Source of the DNA: Glaucostegus cemiculus
Lineage: Eukaryota
Reading direction: 5' to 3'
Assembly (NCBI GenBank): GCA_976551045.1
Contig: CDPCPM010000037.1
Span: forward strand, 22,506,001 to 22,570,000
DNA length: 64,000 nucleotides
Shown here: piece after piece, positions 14,170 to 26,194 of the stretch
Layout of the letters: every line of letters begins with the position of its first letter
Numbering within the stretch: the first letter of the stretch is position 1
Notes under the pieces: generated by a model
The model's database searches: none
The model's input: the letters and a program-made list of their open reading frames with translations, nothing else
What the model was told of the DNA's origin: nothing
Made by a program: the position numbers and the translations under genes

Positions 14170-14575
14170 ACTTATTACCTACCACCCATTGGTATCTAGT
14201 CTTCCACACTGTGACACCAATCCTCCACTGCAGGGTATTCAGTCTAGAAAATGTCCTTCCGCACCTTGCAGAGCATCTTTTGTTAAAAAAATATCTCCAC
14301 AAACCCATGATCTCTGTTACCTCAAAGTACAAGGGCTGCAGGCACATAATACCACCACTATCTTTTCCAAACTGCACACTAGCCTAACTTTGAAATATAT
14401 TGCTGTTCCCTTCGCATTCTGGGTCTAAATCCTGAAACTCCCTGCCCAATAGCACTGGAGTACCTTCACCAGGAAGGCTGCAGCACTTCAGATAGCAGCT
14501 CGCCATCATTGTGTCAGGCTGTTAGGAGCGGCCAATAAATGCTGGTCTAGCCAATGATGCCCACATTTGTAAATA
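14170..14575 (+). mobile_element. Old LINE (CR1/L2 superfamily) 3' fragment
   Basis: Tail ...ggccaataaatgctggtctagccaatgatgcccacat shared with 9225-9265 and, inverted, with 44505-44570. Confidence 0.55.
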
Positions 14576-15100
14576 AGTAAACTGATAAATAATAATATAT
14601 CTTCTGTTATATGCGGGTTATTAATCACATTTATATCCCAGCTGTTGTAGATTTAACACCATTACATAAACACTGAAAAATTGAGCTTTGTCACTTAATA
14701 ATATGCAATCATGATAAAGGAACTAAAGGTGATCTACCTATGAAATTGACAGGAATCTCTATAAGGTAATTCAGGGGAATGAAATCATATTGAGGGAGGA
14801 TGTCATATTAAATTGGAGCGCACATATTTAAGCTGAACTCTTTTGAAATGAATGGAAAATATACTGTAGAAAAATAATTATTAGTCCAGTCAATCTCCCA
14901 TGTGACAGAACAGTAGAATTCCAACAGCCATCTTATTAATCTAAATTTCTGTTCTTGCTTCACTAAAATGGTACAATGAAATTTCAGACAAATACCTTAA
15001 GAAATGGGCAGATCTTCTTCCCTCTTCATCAGGGACACCGAAACCAATGTCTTGTTACCTCTAATGTAACAATCTCTTTTTCTTTCAATTCTGCTTAAAG

Positions 15101-15280
15101 TTCCTGGATAAATCAGAAGATGTGCTATTAAAGCATCAGGCCAATATCAATGAACTCAAACGGACTTTACAGGAGTCTACTAATATTAAGATAAGTCACG
15201 GTGACCGGGAAAAGAAATTAACAACTTCTCCATCAAAACCTAAAGAGAAGGAGCAGGAGGAATCGGAGAAGCTCAAAGAG
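15101..15280 (+). CDS. EPB41L1: EPB41L1 exon, spectrin-actin-binding (SAB)-like region ([25 protein letters not shown]...EKLKE)
   Basis: Polypyrimidine tract plus aag acceptor, gtgggt donor; 180 nt; matches 4.1N '[23 protein letters not shown]'. Confidence 0.94.
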
Positions 15281-18200
15281 GTGGGTTCTGTTTCTCAGCA
15301 CTTTATTGAAGCTGTAAGAGTGTTAGATCTACCAACTTGGTTTTGGCTCTTGATGGTCCGTTTGTTTGTTACTGTGTTGGTGGTGGCTATTTTTCTAGTT
15401 GCAGCAAAGGGATGAACAATGTGGATGTTAGTTAAAATAGAATTGCACCACAATTCTCTCACACAGGTTTTGACCACCACCTTGGTGCAGAATAAAATGA
15501 TAGGAAGTTGTAATAGAAACGTGAACAGTGATTAGGCTATTGACTGAGATTCATTTATTCTAAGCGATTTTCTGAATGACAGACTGCAATATTCCTGCAT
15601 CCCAGACAGAGAAGAGTCGACCAAATAAAGTTCTTAAAATTTTCCAAGTTCCTTGTGGAAAAATTAATGGCAGTGTAAAATTTCCTTTCTAATCTTCCCT
15701 CCCCAGTAACATAGCAATGTGATTTTGCCATAGTATTTAACTGCATTTGCTTTAATAGTGTTAATAATATTTCCACCATAGCTCACCTTTGTGATAAATG
15801 AGTTTTTTTAATAGATTGTGCCATCTACAGTTACCCCAACATAATTGCAGCTTTAGGTAATGTATAGGCTTCAATGTTGTGTGGCTTTTAAATTCTACAT
15901 ATTTATTAGCATAAATCAAATTTGACTGAGGAGGACAGGTGTAGCAAATCAATAAAATGCAGTGCACTCTTTCTCATCTATGCAATATGGTTAATGACAA
16001 AGGTTACTTCAAAACATTTCCATTGGCACTCCAAAATAACCTTTCCTGAGCCACATCTAGGAGGCCGATCTGATACATCTTCAGCTCCCTTTCTCATTAC
16101 TCGTCTCTCTCGAGCTTGCTCTCATATGAGGTTTTGTACTGACTGTAGCCTTAATTTGGCATGATAATAACCTATGCACCCATGAGATAGCATAGATAAA
16201 GCACACCAAATATTGTGCTGTACATACAAATATTATTTGACAATTGAATAATAATGCATCGTGATTACTCACTGGTCTAAAGAGGCCTCATTTAAATTTA
16301 TCAAGGGGATGGTAATAATCTCTGATCTCTTTGTTAATGCTAATTCTGCAATTGGTATCATTTTTGAAAAGGATTATAGATGTCCATTCAAGGTGCCTGT
16401 CTTTTTAGAGTGGTAACTTCTCCCAATTCCCATATTAGATTGGAACTGGTTAGAATTATATACCATGCACATTCCAATTACTTCTACATCTGATGGGTCC
16501 AAAGAAGCTCTACTAAAACTATTTTTCTGAGATTCTGATCTTTCATTTACACCTTCAGTGTTATTTTTGCCCCACAAAACTGACTTGTTATTTTTAAAAC
16601 AAAAGCTTAAAATGTTTATACTTGCTTTTTTAATATATATTTAAAAACAAGCTTTAAATAGACTACGCCAGGTCTTTGAGTGACATACTAAATTTCCTGG
16701 TGTGGAAGGAGTCTTCATTTGAAGTCTGATTTATCCATGGTGTCCAGAGAGTAAGTGAATAAGAAAGCAGAATGGCACAGCTCTTGTTGTGAGCTACCTT
16801 TGCTTAACCAAGTATGATTATGCCCTGTACATTCAGAGGGTAAAGAATACTAAATATTGTGCAGTTATAATAAAAATCTAGTATTAATAAAAATGATGTG
16901 ACAGTTACTAATTTATTGTTTGATTCTGATAAATTTTATAGTAAATATTTTGTATTCTGATTGACGATATGGGGTATGTCTGAAAAATGCTGCACAGGAC
17001 AATGATACTTGTAATCAGATAGGCAATGTGTATGAATTTTTTATTACTATTCAGTGTTGTGCATAGTCCTTGTGTTGCAAGGAAACTTTGTATAAACTGC
17101 AACTTGCTAATAGATTTTTAGTGTGTTTGTAACAGATTCAAATTTGGCAATGTTGATGGTTGAAGGAAAAAAAGCACAAGCAACATGTGTTTTGTATATT
17201 TGCTTATAATATCCCCTCTTTCCTTAAATTCTTCAGTTGTTGAACAATGAGGCTTCTTTCTCCCTTGTGGTTCTGTCACTTGGGGTTTTGTTAATTTGTT
17301 ATTCAAATGCTACAGTAGACTGAAGGCCAGAATCAAAATCTAACATAATTATATTGCAGTTTTACTTTGTTTCCAGAAGTGGCTCTTAGAACCAAGTAGT
17401 GTTATGAAATGTGCACATTTCAATTTTAGTAGATTTGGGGATGAATGTATCTTAAATTTCTTACCACAATGGTCATATCACTAATATTGCTGATTTGTGC
17501 TGGCCATTTTCCCCACCAGTGTGCTGTACCAGCCTTTACTGGCATCCTCTCACCTCTGAGCAGACTGTTGCCAGTACTAACAAATCTTGCAAAGTAAACC
17601 ACATGAGTCAGTTTTTACTGTTTTATTTCCAGTGCTCAACTACTTCTCATTCAATTTATCCCTGTGATAAGCCATGCAGTTCCAGATGTTGCATTGACTT
17701 TCAGTTCAGCAATGAGTCAGTAAGAAAAAACGCACTTCCATGTCATTAAAATAATGCCATAATCTGTCTTCAGACCTTTCTTAATTAAGTACTTAAAGTT
17801 ATGAGTTCATAGATGTGAAATGTTCTTTAGCCATGCTGTGCTTCAGTCAATAAATGCAGCCCACAGTGGTATTTGATTAAAATACATTGGAGTTTGATGA
17901 ATATGGAAAATCTTTAAGAAAACAATTCCATCTCATAATCAATAAGCATTATATTTTATGAGAGTTCTGAAGGTCAAGGTGCCTCAAGTTATTTTCTATA
18001 TTCAGTGTTATTTGTTTGTTGTTCTTTTTGTGCAGGCTCTGTGTTTGAAAGCAGACTTGCCTTGATGTTGCTGGGTTGTACTGGCATTTCCAGATGGAAC
18101 TGCCACAGTTTCTCAGCAGCGTTGGCATGTGTGGGACTCACCACGTGAATGTGGTAGTCGCAAACTTACGGCTAAGGTCTGCCAGTGATTTCCCGGGTGC

Positions 18201-18990
18201 TCTCTGTGGGATCCAGCTGTGGTGCAGGAGCTCACAGGCATACCCCAGTATTTGTGCTGGGAAACCGGCTCTTAGTTCTGGCACAGGATCCACAAGCCCA
18301 TTCACCTGAATGGAAATTTTACAGGTGCAAGGAAGAATGGGAAGGTAAATATGTGCTTTGAGCAATGTTTTGAAATAGGTGATTTTTCTTTAGCATTTTC
18401 TTGGTCATCAGAAAAAATTAAGTTTGCTTCAAAGTGAACTTTCTTGATTACTTCTAAATATCAGGAACATACGAATGCATTGGTAAACCCCAAGAGCCTT
18501 GACTGGCAGCAAAGCTAATATTGTGGCTTTGTCGTGAGTCCATATTTTTGAGGTTTTGCAGGTAGGCCCACCCAGACTATCCAATCTCATTGCTCAAGGC
18601 TGTTGTGCCACTTGAGGGCTTGCTGCTTGGCTCCAGGGTGGACTCAGCCAGCAAAATTACCTTTCCATGTGTGACAAGGTAAGTGCGCAGCATCAACATG
18701 TTTCATGTCAGGTGCCGGCCCTCACTTGGCAACCTCCGGGTGAAGCTTTTGAAAAGGCAAAGTGTACCCAGTGGATAGCTGCTCTCACAGTGGTGTCATT
18801 TGGAAGTGGTAAAAAAGCTGAATGTAAGATTCCTGTGTTGCATTTCCTGTCATGCTATACAGAACTTGGTACATGTGGAAGCTTATCTGGCCTTGAGAAA
18901 ATCTGAGGTTTAGTTCAGGAATGAGTGAGAACATTTTGGGAAGTTATTTTCAGGAACATGTTTATCTGACTGCTGTGGTATTTGTTACAG

Positions 18991-19035
18991 GATGAGGGTC
19001 CTCTAGGAACTGCAAGCAGCTTGAGGAGCAGACAA
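18991..19035 (+). CDS. EPB41L1: Possible EPB41L1 45-nt alternative exon (DEGPLGTASSLRSRQ)
   Basis: Good acceptor (tttgttacag), open phase-0 frame, but weak donor (caa|gtgtta) and no recognised homology. Confidence 0.35.
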
Positions 19036-19508
19036 GTGTTAATTAAACGTCTGCTCATCGCTTGCCTTGAGCCTTTAGTAGATTTTTTAAAAGTTTAGTA
19101 GCCTCCTCCCCCCACCCCCCCCCCCCCCCCCCACAGCTGCTAAGATATTTAATAGTAGGAGCAAAATTGCCATAAATCACTGAAATAGACTGGTATACCA
19201 CAATTCAACCTTACAAGAATATCTGCTTTCTAACTAATGCTATCTTTATTAATTGAAAAAGAATCAAAAATCATGAAAGTAACTGCGAAGTTTAACAAAT
19301 GGTGCTAAGTGATAAAATGTCCACGTATTGTGCTTTTTAACCAAGTGAGTGTATGGTATTGTGCAAGCGTGAATGACCAGTTTTGATACTATTTTAAAGG
19401 AAAATCTGATACATCTGCACCTAGAAGTGCAAGCAAGAAGCTAGCACATTTATAATGTGTTTTTATGCAATATGTTCTGGTGCATCAGCTAATTAACCTT
19501 TCTATCAG

Positions 19509-19616
19509 TCTGCGAGGGCTGAAGAGGAGGTCAAGGAAGAGCCTACTTCTCAAGTGGGTGCCATTGCCTTATCTCTGGAAGCTTCAGCAAAGAAAAGTCT
19601 TGCATCTTCCCCTGAG
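19509..19616 (+). CDS. EPB41L1: EPB41L1 exon (SARAEEEVKEEPTSQVGAIALSLEASAKKSLASSPE)
   Basis: ctttctatcag/gttgac; 108 nt, phase 0-0; purine-rich coding-like composition; joins the giant exon in frame. Confidence 0.72.
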
Positions 19617-20101
19617 GTTGACCTTTTCAGTTATATATTTAACAACACACTGAATGATAGTTTTGTCAAAATTCATCTCTGCTTATTTAATGATGGTTAT
19701 TTTAAAATGGCAGAACTGACATCAGGGGGGTGATTTTGTTTTAACCAGTTTGCTAATATTTTCTAAAGGGTTAATATTTATTGATGTAAAACAGCTAAGC
19801 ATTAAAATTAGACAAGTGTAAAAGATGTTTGTTACTGTGAAATTGGTCATTTACCCATTTATGATTCATTTATTTCATCATTAATTGCTGTATTGAGGAC
19901 TTAGAAAACTAAATCATATTACCATGTATTCACATTTCACAGAATTACTAAAATGTATATTTAGAAAATTTAGCTTCATCCAATTGTGGCAATTCATACT
20001 TCACCATAAAGCAAAATGAAATAAATGAAATGCATGTCTGTTGCTATATTCTTGTTCATGGAATACTGTGATGTTGACAAGTTTCTGTATTTGAAATGTA
20101 G

Positions 20102-23029
20102 GGCTCTGATGAATGGGTTATAATAGAAAAACAAGCTTCTAGGCTAGAAGAACTAGTTGTAGTTGAAGTGAAAAGTGACAGAAATGAATCCAAAGAAGAA
20201 GAAGCAGTTGAGGCTATATCACTTGTTTGTGACAAAAAGCAAATTGATTTAGAACTATCATCTCCTGAAATGGAGCTTATAAAAGAAGCAATTCACAAGA
20301 ATGAGCCACGTGAAGACATTTCTCCAGTGACTGAAGAAATTTGTATTCTATCTGCTGAACAAAAGGAAGACTCTTCTGAATCTATTGGTTCAATAGAAAA
20401 GACGATGACGATAACTACTCCATTGCATTGCACAGAGTTATCGACGTCAGATCAACAAGAAAATCTTGAAGTGGAAAAACACAAAGCTGAATATGAAGTT
20501 GCAATTGAGAAAGTTTCAGATGAAGAGTGCTTAATTTCTGACCACAGACATGTAGATGATACCTCAGTTTGCAGCTCAGAATCATTAGAACAAGTTGCAA
20601 TACATACCAGAGAAAAGCTATCTAAATCCGAAGAAGATTTAAAATCAGACACCCAACCATGTAAAGGTGCACAGTCGATGTTGCCTGTGCAAATGACCGG
20701 CAGAGAGGAATCCATATCTGTTTCTCCGGAAAATGGTGAAACCAGGTCTGAGGAACATAAAGACTCCAAGGACATTTCTCCACAAGAGGGTGACAAAAAA
20801 ACGGATTCTCTGACAGCTAACCAAAAAGGCCTAGGATTTCAAGGAGAAAGTCTGCAAGAAGTGGAGGCGGAATTGCAAGCATTTAATCAAGAAGAAGAAA
20901 TTGAGCCAACTTTCCAGATAGATAACCACATATTTACGTCAATTCTCTCTGTAATGGACAAAGACGAATTGCATTCTGAAAAAGAGAAGGCATCAGACAC
21001 CAAGGTAGCTATCCCAAAGGACTCCATGTCCATTTATGAAGAGAAGCATGACTCTAAATCCGGTTATTCAGTAGCTGTAAAGGAATCAGAAATAATAAGT
21101 GAAGTAGAAGGCCAAGCTGCTTCCCCATTGGATACCATTGAATCTCACATGGCTGAAGGGGCTTGTGCCTTTGAAGAAGATTCTGATATGTCTCAGCCCT
21201 GTTCAATGCGATGGGATAAAAGTGAGTCAAGGCCATTCTCAGAAAAAGAGTCAGAAACATGCGATTTAAAGCCTCATTCTATAGGGGAAGAGGAAAGATC
21301 AAACTTGGAAGTACACAGAAAAGATCCAAAGCCATGCACAAGAGAAGCCGCTGAGAAAAAGAGAAAGCCAGGTACGCTGGAGGACGAGGGGCAAGAGCCG
21401 GGGCCAGGTACGCTGGAGGACGAGGGGCACGAGCCGAGGCCAGGTACGCTGGAGGACGAGGGACACGAGCCGAGGCCAGGTACGCTGGAGGACGAGGGAC
21501 ACGAGCCGAGGCCAGGTACGCTGGAGGACGAGGGACACGAGCCGAGGCCAGGTACGCTGGAGGACGAGGGACACGAGCCGAGGCCAGGTACGCTGGAGGA
21601 CGAGGGACACGAGCCGAGGCCAGGTACGCTGGAGGACGAGGGACACGAGCCGCGGCCAGGTACGCTGGAGGACGAGGGACACGAGCCGCGGCCAGGTACG
21701 CTGGAGGACGAGGGACACGAGCCGCGGCCAGGTACGCTGGAGGACGAGGGACACGAGCCGCGGCCAGGTACGCTGGAGGACGAGGGACACGAGCCGAGGC
21801 CAGGTACGCTGGAGGACGAGGGACACGAGCCGAGGCCAGGTACGCTGGAGGACGAGGGACACGAGCCGAGGCCAGGTACGCTGGAGGACGAGGGACACGA
21901 GCCGAGGCCAGGTACGCTGGAGGACGAGGGACACGAGCCGAGGCCAGGTACGCTGGAGGACGAGGGACACGAGCCGAGGCCAGGTACGCTGGAGGACGAG
22001 GGACACGAGCCGAGGCCAGGTACGCTGGAGGACGAGGGACACGAGCCGAGGCCAGGTACGCTGGAGGACGAGGGACACGAGCCGAGGCCAGGTACGCTGG
22101 AGGACGAGGGACACGAGCCGAGGCCAGGTACGCTGGAGGACGAGGGGCAAGAGAAAAGGCTATGCTTACCCAAGGACAATGGAATAGGGACAAGGCCATG
22201 TATACTGGAAGGTAATTGTGAAAAGTTCAATGACAATAAAATGCTCAAGCAGCTTTCCCAGAGTGGTGCCAATGATTCTGTTCAAGTTGTGTGTCAGTCA
22301 AGTGACAGGGATGAATTGAAAGATTGTTTTCCAAGGACAGCGAGTGATGAATATAAAATATGTTCCTCTGCGCATGTATCATCAATGTTGGACTGCTCAA
22401 AATCTACAAACGTGACTGAATATAACAACTTGGCATCCAATGAACTGTTATCAGAAGCGAGTCAAAATCAGTTTCTTGTGAACAACAAAGAAGATTCCAG
22501 AACAGAATTTCAAAAGGAATATTCTGAGGGAAAGTTGTCTGAACTGGGTTCACCTGATCTTGAGTTGTCAGACCAACAAGTGGTCCTTAGAGCTGAATTT
22601 TCTCATATTGAAAGATTGCAACCATCAAAAATAGCTCTGCTTCCATCCAAACCAAGAGAGGAAGAGCCCAAGTCTAATAAAGTTACTGAACTTGAGTACA
22701 TCAGAATTACAGAGCTGCCAAAAGTTGATCCTCTGAAGCCAATATGCAAACCAGGAAAAGAGAGCGTCTCAGTTAAGCGTGACAGAGAATTTCCAAATCC
22801 ATCCGAGCAGCTGGCAGAAATTTACTCTTCAGCCAAGCTTAAAGAGAGATATCCAGATGTGTATGATATGGGGTCGGCTACTCTGAAGGATAAAATATCA
22901 TACTTTGAATTGAAATTGGGAGAAAATATTTACTTAAAAAAGCCAGTCAAAGTGTTGGAACAGGCTGCACAGATTTCTGAAGTTGGATCCCCGGATTCAG
23001 GCTGTGAAGTGGAATTGACAGAAGCAGTG
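20102..23029 (+). CDS. EPB41L1: EPB41L1 giant exon, 2,928 nt / 976 aa, acidic and probably disordered (GSDEWVIIEKQ...CEVELTEAV)
   Basis: tgtag acceptor at 20100-20101 is in frame with the 20168..23137 ORF; gtg|gtaact donor; no stop over about 3 kb of AT-rich DNA; phase 0-0. The exact donor is inferred. Confidence 0.85.
21368..22159 (+). repeat. Coding minisatellite: 22 x 36 bp (ccaggtacgctggaggacgagggacacgagccgagg = PGTLEDEGHEPR)
   Basis: Directly visible tandem array of 792 bp; terminal units slightly diverged; four consecutive internal units carry CGG instead of AGG. Confidence 0.98.
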
Positions 23030-23604
23030 GTAACTCTTCATGTGAATTATCACAAGGAAACATTGTTCCAGCATGTTTTGTCAAATAGCATCCTACATCA
23101 TACAACTTTACATAGCTTGAAACAAGTTTATTTCTGAATTGCTATTTTATGTTTTAGTCATGTGTATTGCTAAATGCAGAGCATTGTATTCAATCCGTTA
23201 ATTTGCTTTCCTTTTTATTTAGACCATTTAGAGTTTTGCAACTGCAAATGTCAATCGATCTACCACATTGACCTTTGGCAGCAATGAGAACAGTCGAAGC
23301 TGAAGTGTCTCCTAAAAACAAAATGTCAATGCTTTTCTCACATTGCTAGAAAGTTGCATTTTGATGATGCTCTGAAAAAAGAATAGGCTGTGACTTCCCC
23401 TTGCTTAGTTTATTTTCTCTCTCCACTGTTCTGCTCCTTCCTTTTTAAGCATACTAATGCCTGTCAAAACAATTATTAGTGGCTGATTTCCTGCTATTGC
23501 TGTGGTGCTAGCTCCCGAACTGTTTGCTGCTGTGTCATTTAACAATGAAGACTCGTTTCTGAATTCTCCAATTCAGCTTTTAACTAATGTTTTTGTCTGT
23601 TTAG

Positions 23605-23742
23605 ACTAAACCTGCTGTTCATGAAAGCACTTCCGAAGACAGAGACACAAAATCTTCAAGAGAAGCTTCAAAATCTCCAGGGAAGACCTCAGTGAAAGGG
23701 GAGACCTCAGAAGATTCTGTTACTTCAGCAACTATATCCCAG
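23605..23742 (+). CDS. EPB41L1: EPB41L1 exon (TKPAVHESTSEDRDTK...DSVTSATISQ)
   Basis: actaat branch-like motif, tgtttag acceptor, cag|gtgttt donor; 138 nt open, phase 0-0. Confidence 0.7.
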
Positions 23743-24008
23743 GTGTTTAACTCTTGCTAAACTTCATAATTAAATGTGATTTAAAAGTTAATTTACATAT
23801 CATTTATTTTGTATTTTATAACTGCAAGCTTTCTGTGGTTTCTGCTAAGAGCCTGTTGAATTTATTCAGTGTTTCTGGGTTTCCCTCTTGCAATCGGATG
23901 TATCATCCTAATCACAAGTGTTCCTCTGGTTTTGCCAGCATGCCACCTCTATATTGAAAAGCAAGAACCATATTCTATTAATTTATGAATATGCTCTTCA
24001 TTTTACAG

Positions 24009-24059
24009 GAGCTGTTCTCTTCACATGAAATAAGTGATGAAGAATCTGCCAAATCCAAG
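24009..24059 (+). CDS. EPB41L1: EPB41L1 small exon (ELFSSHEISDEESAKSK)
   Basis: ttttacag/aag|gttgct; 51 nt open, phase 0-0. Confidence 0.6.
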
Positions 24060-24299
24060 GTTGCTGATTTTAATTAACATCCAATTTAGACCTTGATTTA
24101 CTTGTTTCTTCATACCACCCATATGTCACATCAATTATTTGTCCTCTCTCATGTTTTGATTTTATTTTTTGCCCATCTTCCAGATTCCTCCAGTTAACTT
24201 TCACTCCAGTTGCACTGATCTCTAACACACATTTACATTCCAACCTTTGTTGCTTTTTGATCCTTATTACCTTGATCTTCACCATTCTTTCTTACTCAG

Positions 24300-24686
24300 A
24301 GCACTGAAGCAAAGCAGGATTTGCAAAGGAGGTCCTTGCTGGCCAAACAAGAATCTGAAGAAGCGATGGAGCAGATGCAGGAGCTTGTGACCCAGACAGT
24401 GGTGGTTGAACACAAACATTCCAACATCATTACAAACTCCTCAGGACCTGCTGAAGTCGAGAAAGAATTCTTAGCATCTGAAGGAATTGATGGAGTATCG
24501 GAAGGGAAGAAGCTATCAACACAAACTAAGGTTATTAAACAAGAAGAAAATGACAGTGCTGTGTCTGAAGCCAGTACTCCAAGTACCAAAAGTACTGAAA
24601 AGCAGCTCACTCAAGAGGACGGAGTTGATCAGCACAAAAGCAATGACCAAGAGCCTGAAGGCACCCAAGAGAAACCTCAACATGAG
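24300..24686 (+). CDS. EPB41L1: EPB41L1 exon (STEAKQDLQRRSLLAKQE...QEKPQHE)
   Basis: Long pyrimidine tract plus cag, gag|gtaacc donor; 387 nt; coincides with ORF 24321..24698. Confidence 0.8.
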
Positions 24687-26077
24687 GTAACCCGTTAGGA
24701 AGCTGAATGCATGCCCCTACCTTCTACATTTCACCTCTCCCTGGGTGTAAAACTATAACCATCTCATCTAATCGCTTGCTTCCTCAAAATTAACCACAAT
24801 AGATTAGATTCACCAAAGGATGGTGATTTCATAACCTGGACATTTATAAGGGTAAAAAACAAGTCACAGGAATTTCAGAACAAGTTAGTTTGCATCTGTA
24901 ATGGAAAAGGACAGGTTAACATGTTGGGTGCCTATCCAGCACATTGATCGGTAATGTCGTAACCCTCTTCTGAATGCAGATGTTGACTGACCTGTCAATT
25001 GTGAACAGTTTCGGTTTTACTGTACAGCTCATTTTCTACTTTAATTATAGATTAAAGCATTAATTTGCATTATTAATCTGTGACTTTCAGTGAATGCATA
25101 AAAGGCATGTTTATTTCTTGTAACTGAATGTAATATTACGCTGCATAATCTGTACCAGTGCATGTGCTGCTTAACTAAATTGCTTGTATTAAAAGAACGA
25201 AATGACCGTTTGTTCCTGCCCATTCTTCAACATTTGCACATATAGAAATATTGAACAAAAGCAGCATTTTGCTACTGACTATGGTATTTCTATTAAAGGC
25301 AATGTTTGGGTCAAAAGTGTTTACTTTTAGTACTTTTCACACATTTGGCTTAGTTTTGCCATCATTTGTGTTTTTATTTTAAACCATATTAATGCTTTGC
25401 TTAATTAAACGTGCTCTTGGTAGCTCTACCAATCATGGTACCAGTTTTGCTACCATGATATGGACATTGGGTGACTGATGGATGTTTTTTGAAGATCTAA
25501 TATGAGTTCAAAAATGCAACTTAGTGTGTACCAAAGTCTAACTCGTTTCGTGTCGCTAGTTGCTAGGCATTTCATGTGCATGAATGTGATTGTTGTCTTG
25601 TGTCTTCCATGTTTATTATTTAACCTTATTCATTTATATTCTTGTAGTCCTCTGCAGGTTCAAACATTGTCTTTCAAAGACCTGACATGAAATTCTACAA
25701 AGGGATACAAGAATGCAAGTGGCAGTTGCTTAACTTAATGTTCCTTTCTTTCGGAATTAGCATAACATTACAGATGGCTTAATGTTAAAGGCTGAGAGAG
25801 GAGTTGCACGTTTGGTCATTTTAATCAGCAGTTAATTCGGGGCTTCTGTATTCAGCTTAAAAATACATGCAATGAAAGGCATTTTATGTGCAGATGTTAA
25901 AGTTGAGATCATTGTCATGTAAAAAGCCAATGTATGGTTGAAAACCTGATGACTGGATTTCTTACCTGACCAAAGTAAAGGAGAAATGTTTTCTCATCTC
26001 CTGATGGTTAGGGTCGGTACATTAAATCAACAAAATGCTGGCAATGGAAAAAATATGGGCATTGTTTTATTTTTCAG

Positions 26078-26194
26078 GATGTTACGAAAACAAAAACTGG
26101 GCTGCCGAGCGAGGTACCTACTGTAAAAATGGAAACCACCTCCAAAGAAACATTTTTACCATTGGAAATCAAAACACCCACCAAAACCACACAG
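26078..26194 (+). CDS. EPB41L1: EPB41L1 exon (DVTKTKTGLPSEVPTVKMETT...TPTKTTQ)
   Basis: ttttcag/cag|gtattc; 117 nt; 'VPTVKMET' resembles the 4.1-family 'PVVKTET' motif preceding the CTD. Confidence 0.8.

Noticed and set aside
19107-19132. Poly-C/poly-G runs (also about 27961-27990, 31185-31202, 51465-51482)
   Set aside because: Simple homopolymers that recur through the window; lengths are unreliable in assemblies and no function is evident.
21368-22159. 36-bp repeat as a CRISPR array
   Set aside because: Units are head-to-tail with no unique spacers, lie in frame in a vertebrate exon, and there are no cas genes.
21274-22272. Three long minus-strand ORFs (332, 306 and 283 aa)
   Set aside because: By-products of a stop-free GC-rich 36-bp repeat; the + frame is the one continuous with the surrounding exon.
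20168-23137. 989-aa ORF as a stand-alone intronless gene
   Set aside because: It starts at a GTG, the frame is open upstream to a splice acceptor at 20101, and it sits in phase between EPB41L1 exons.
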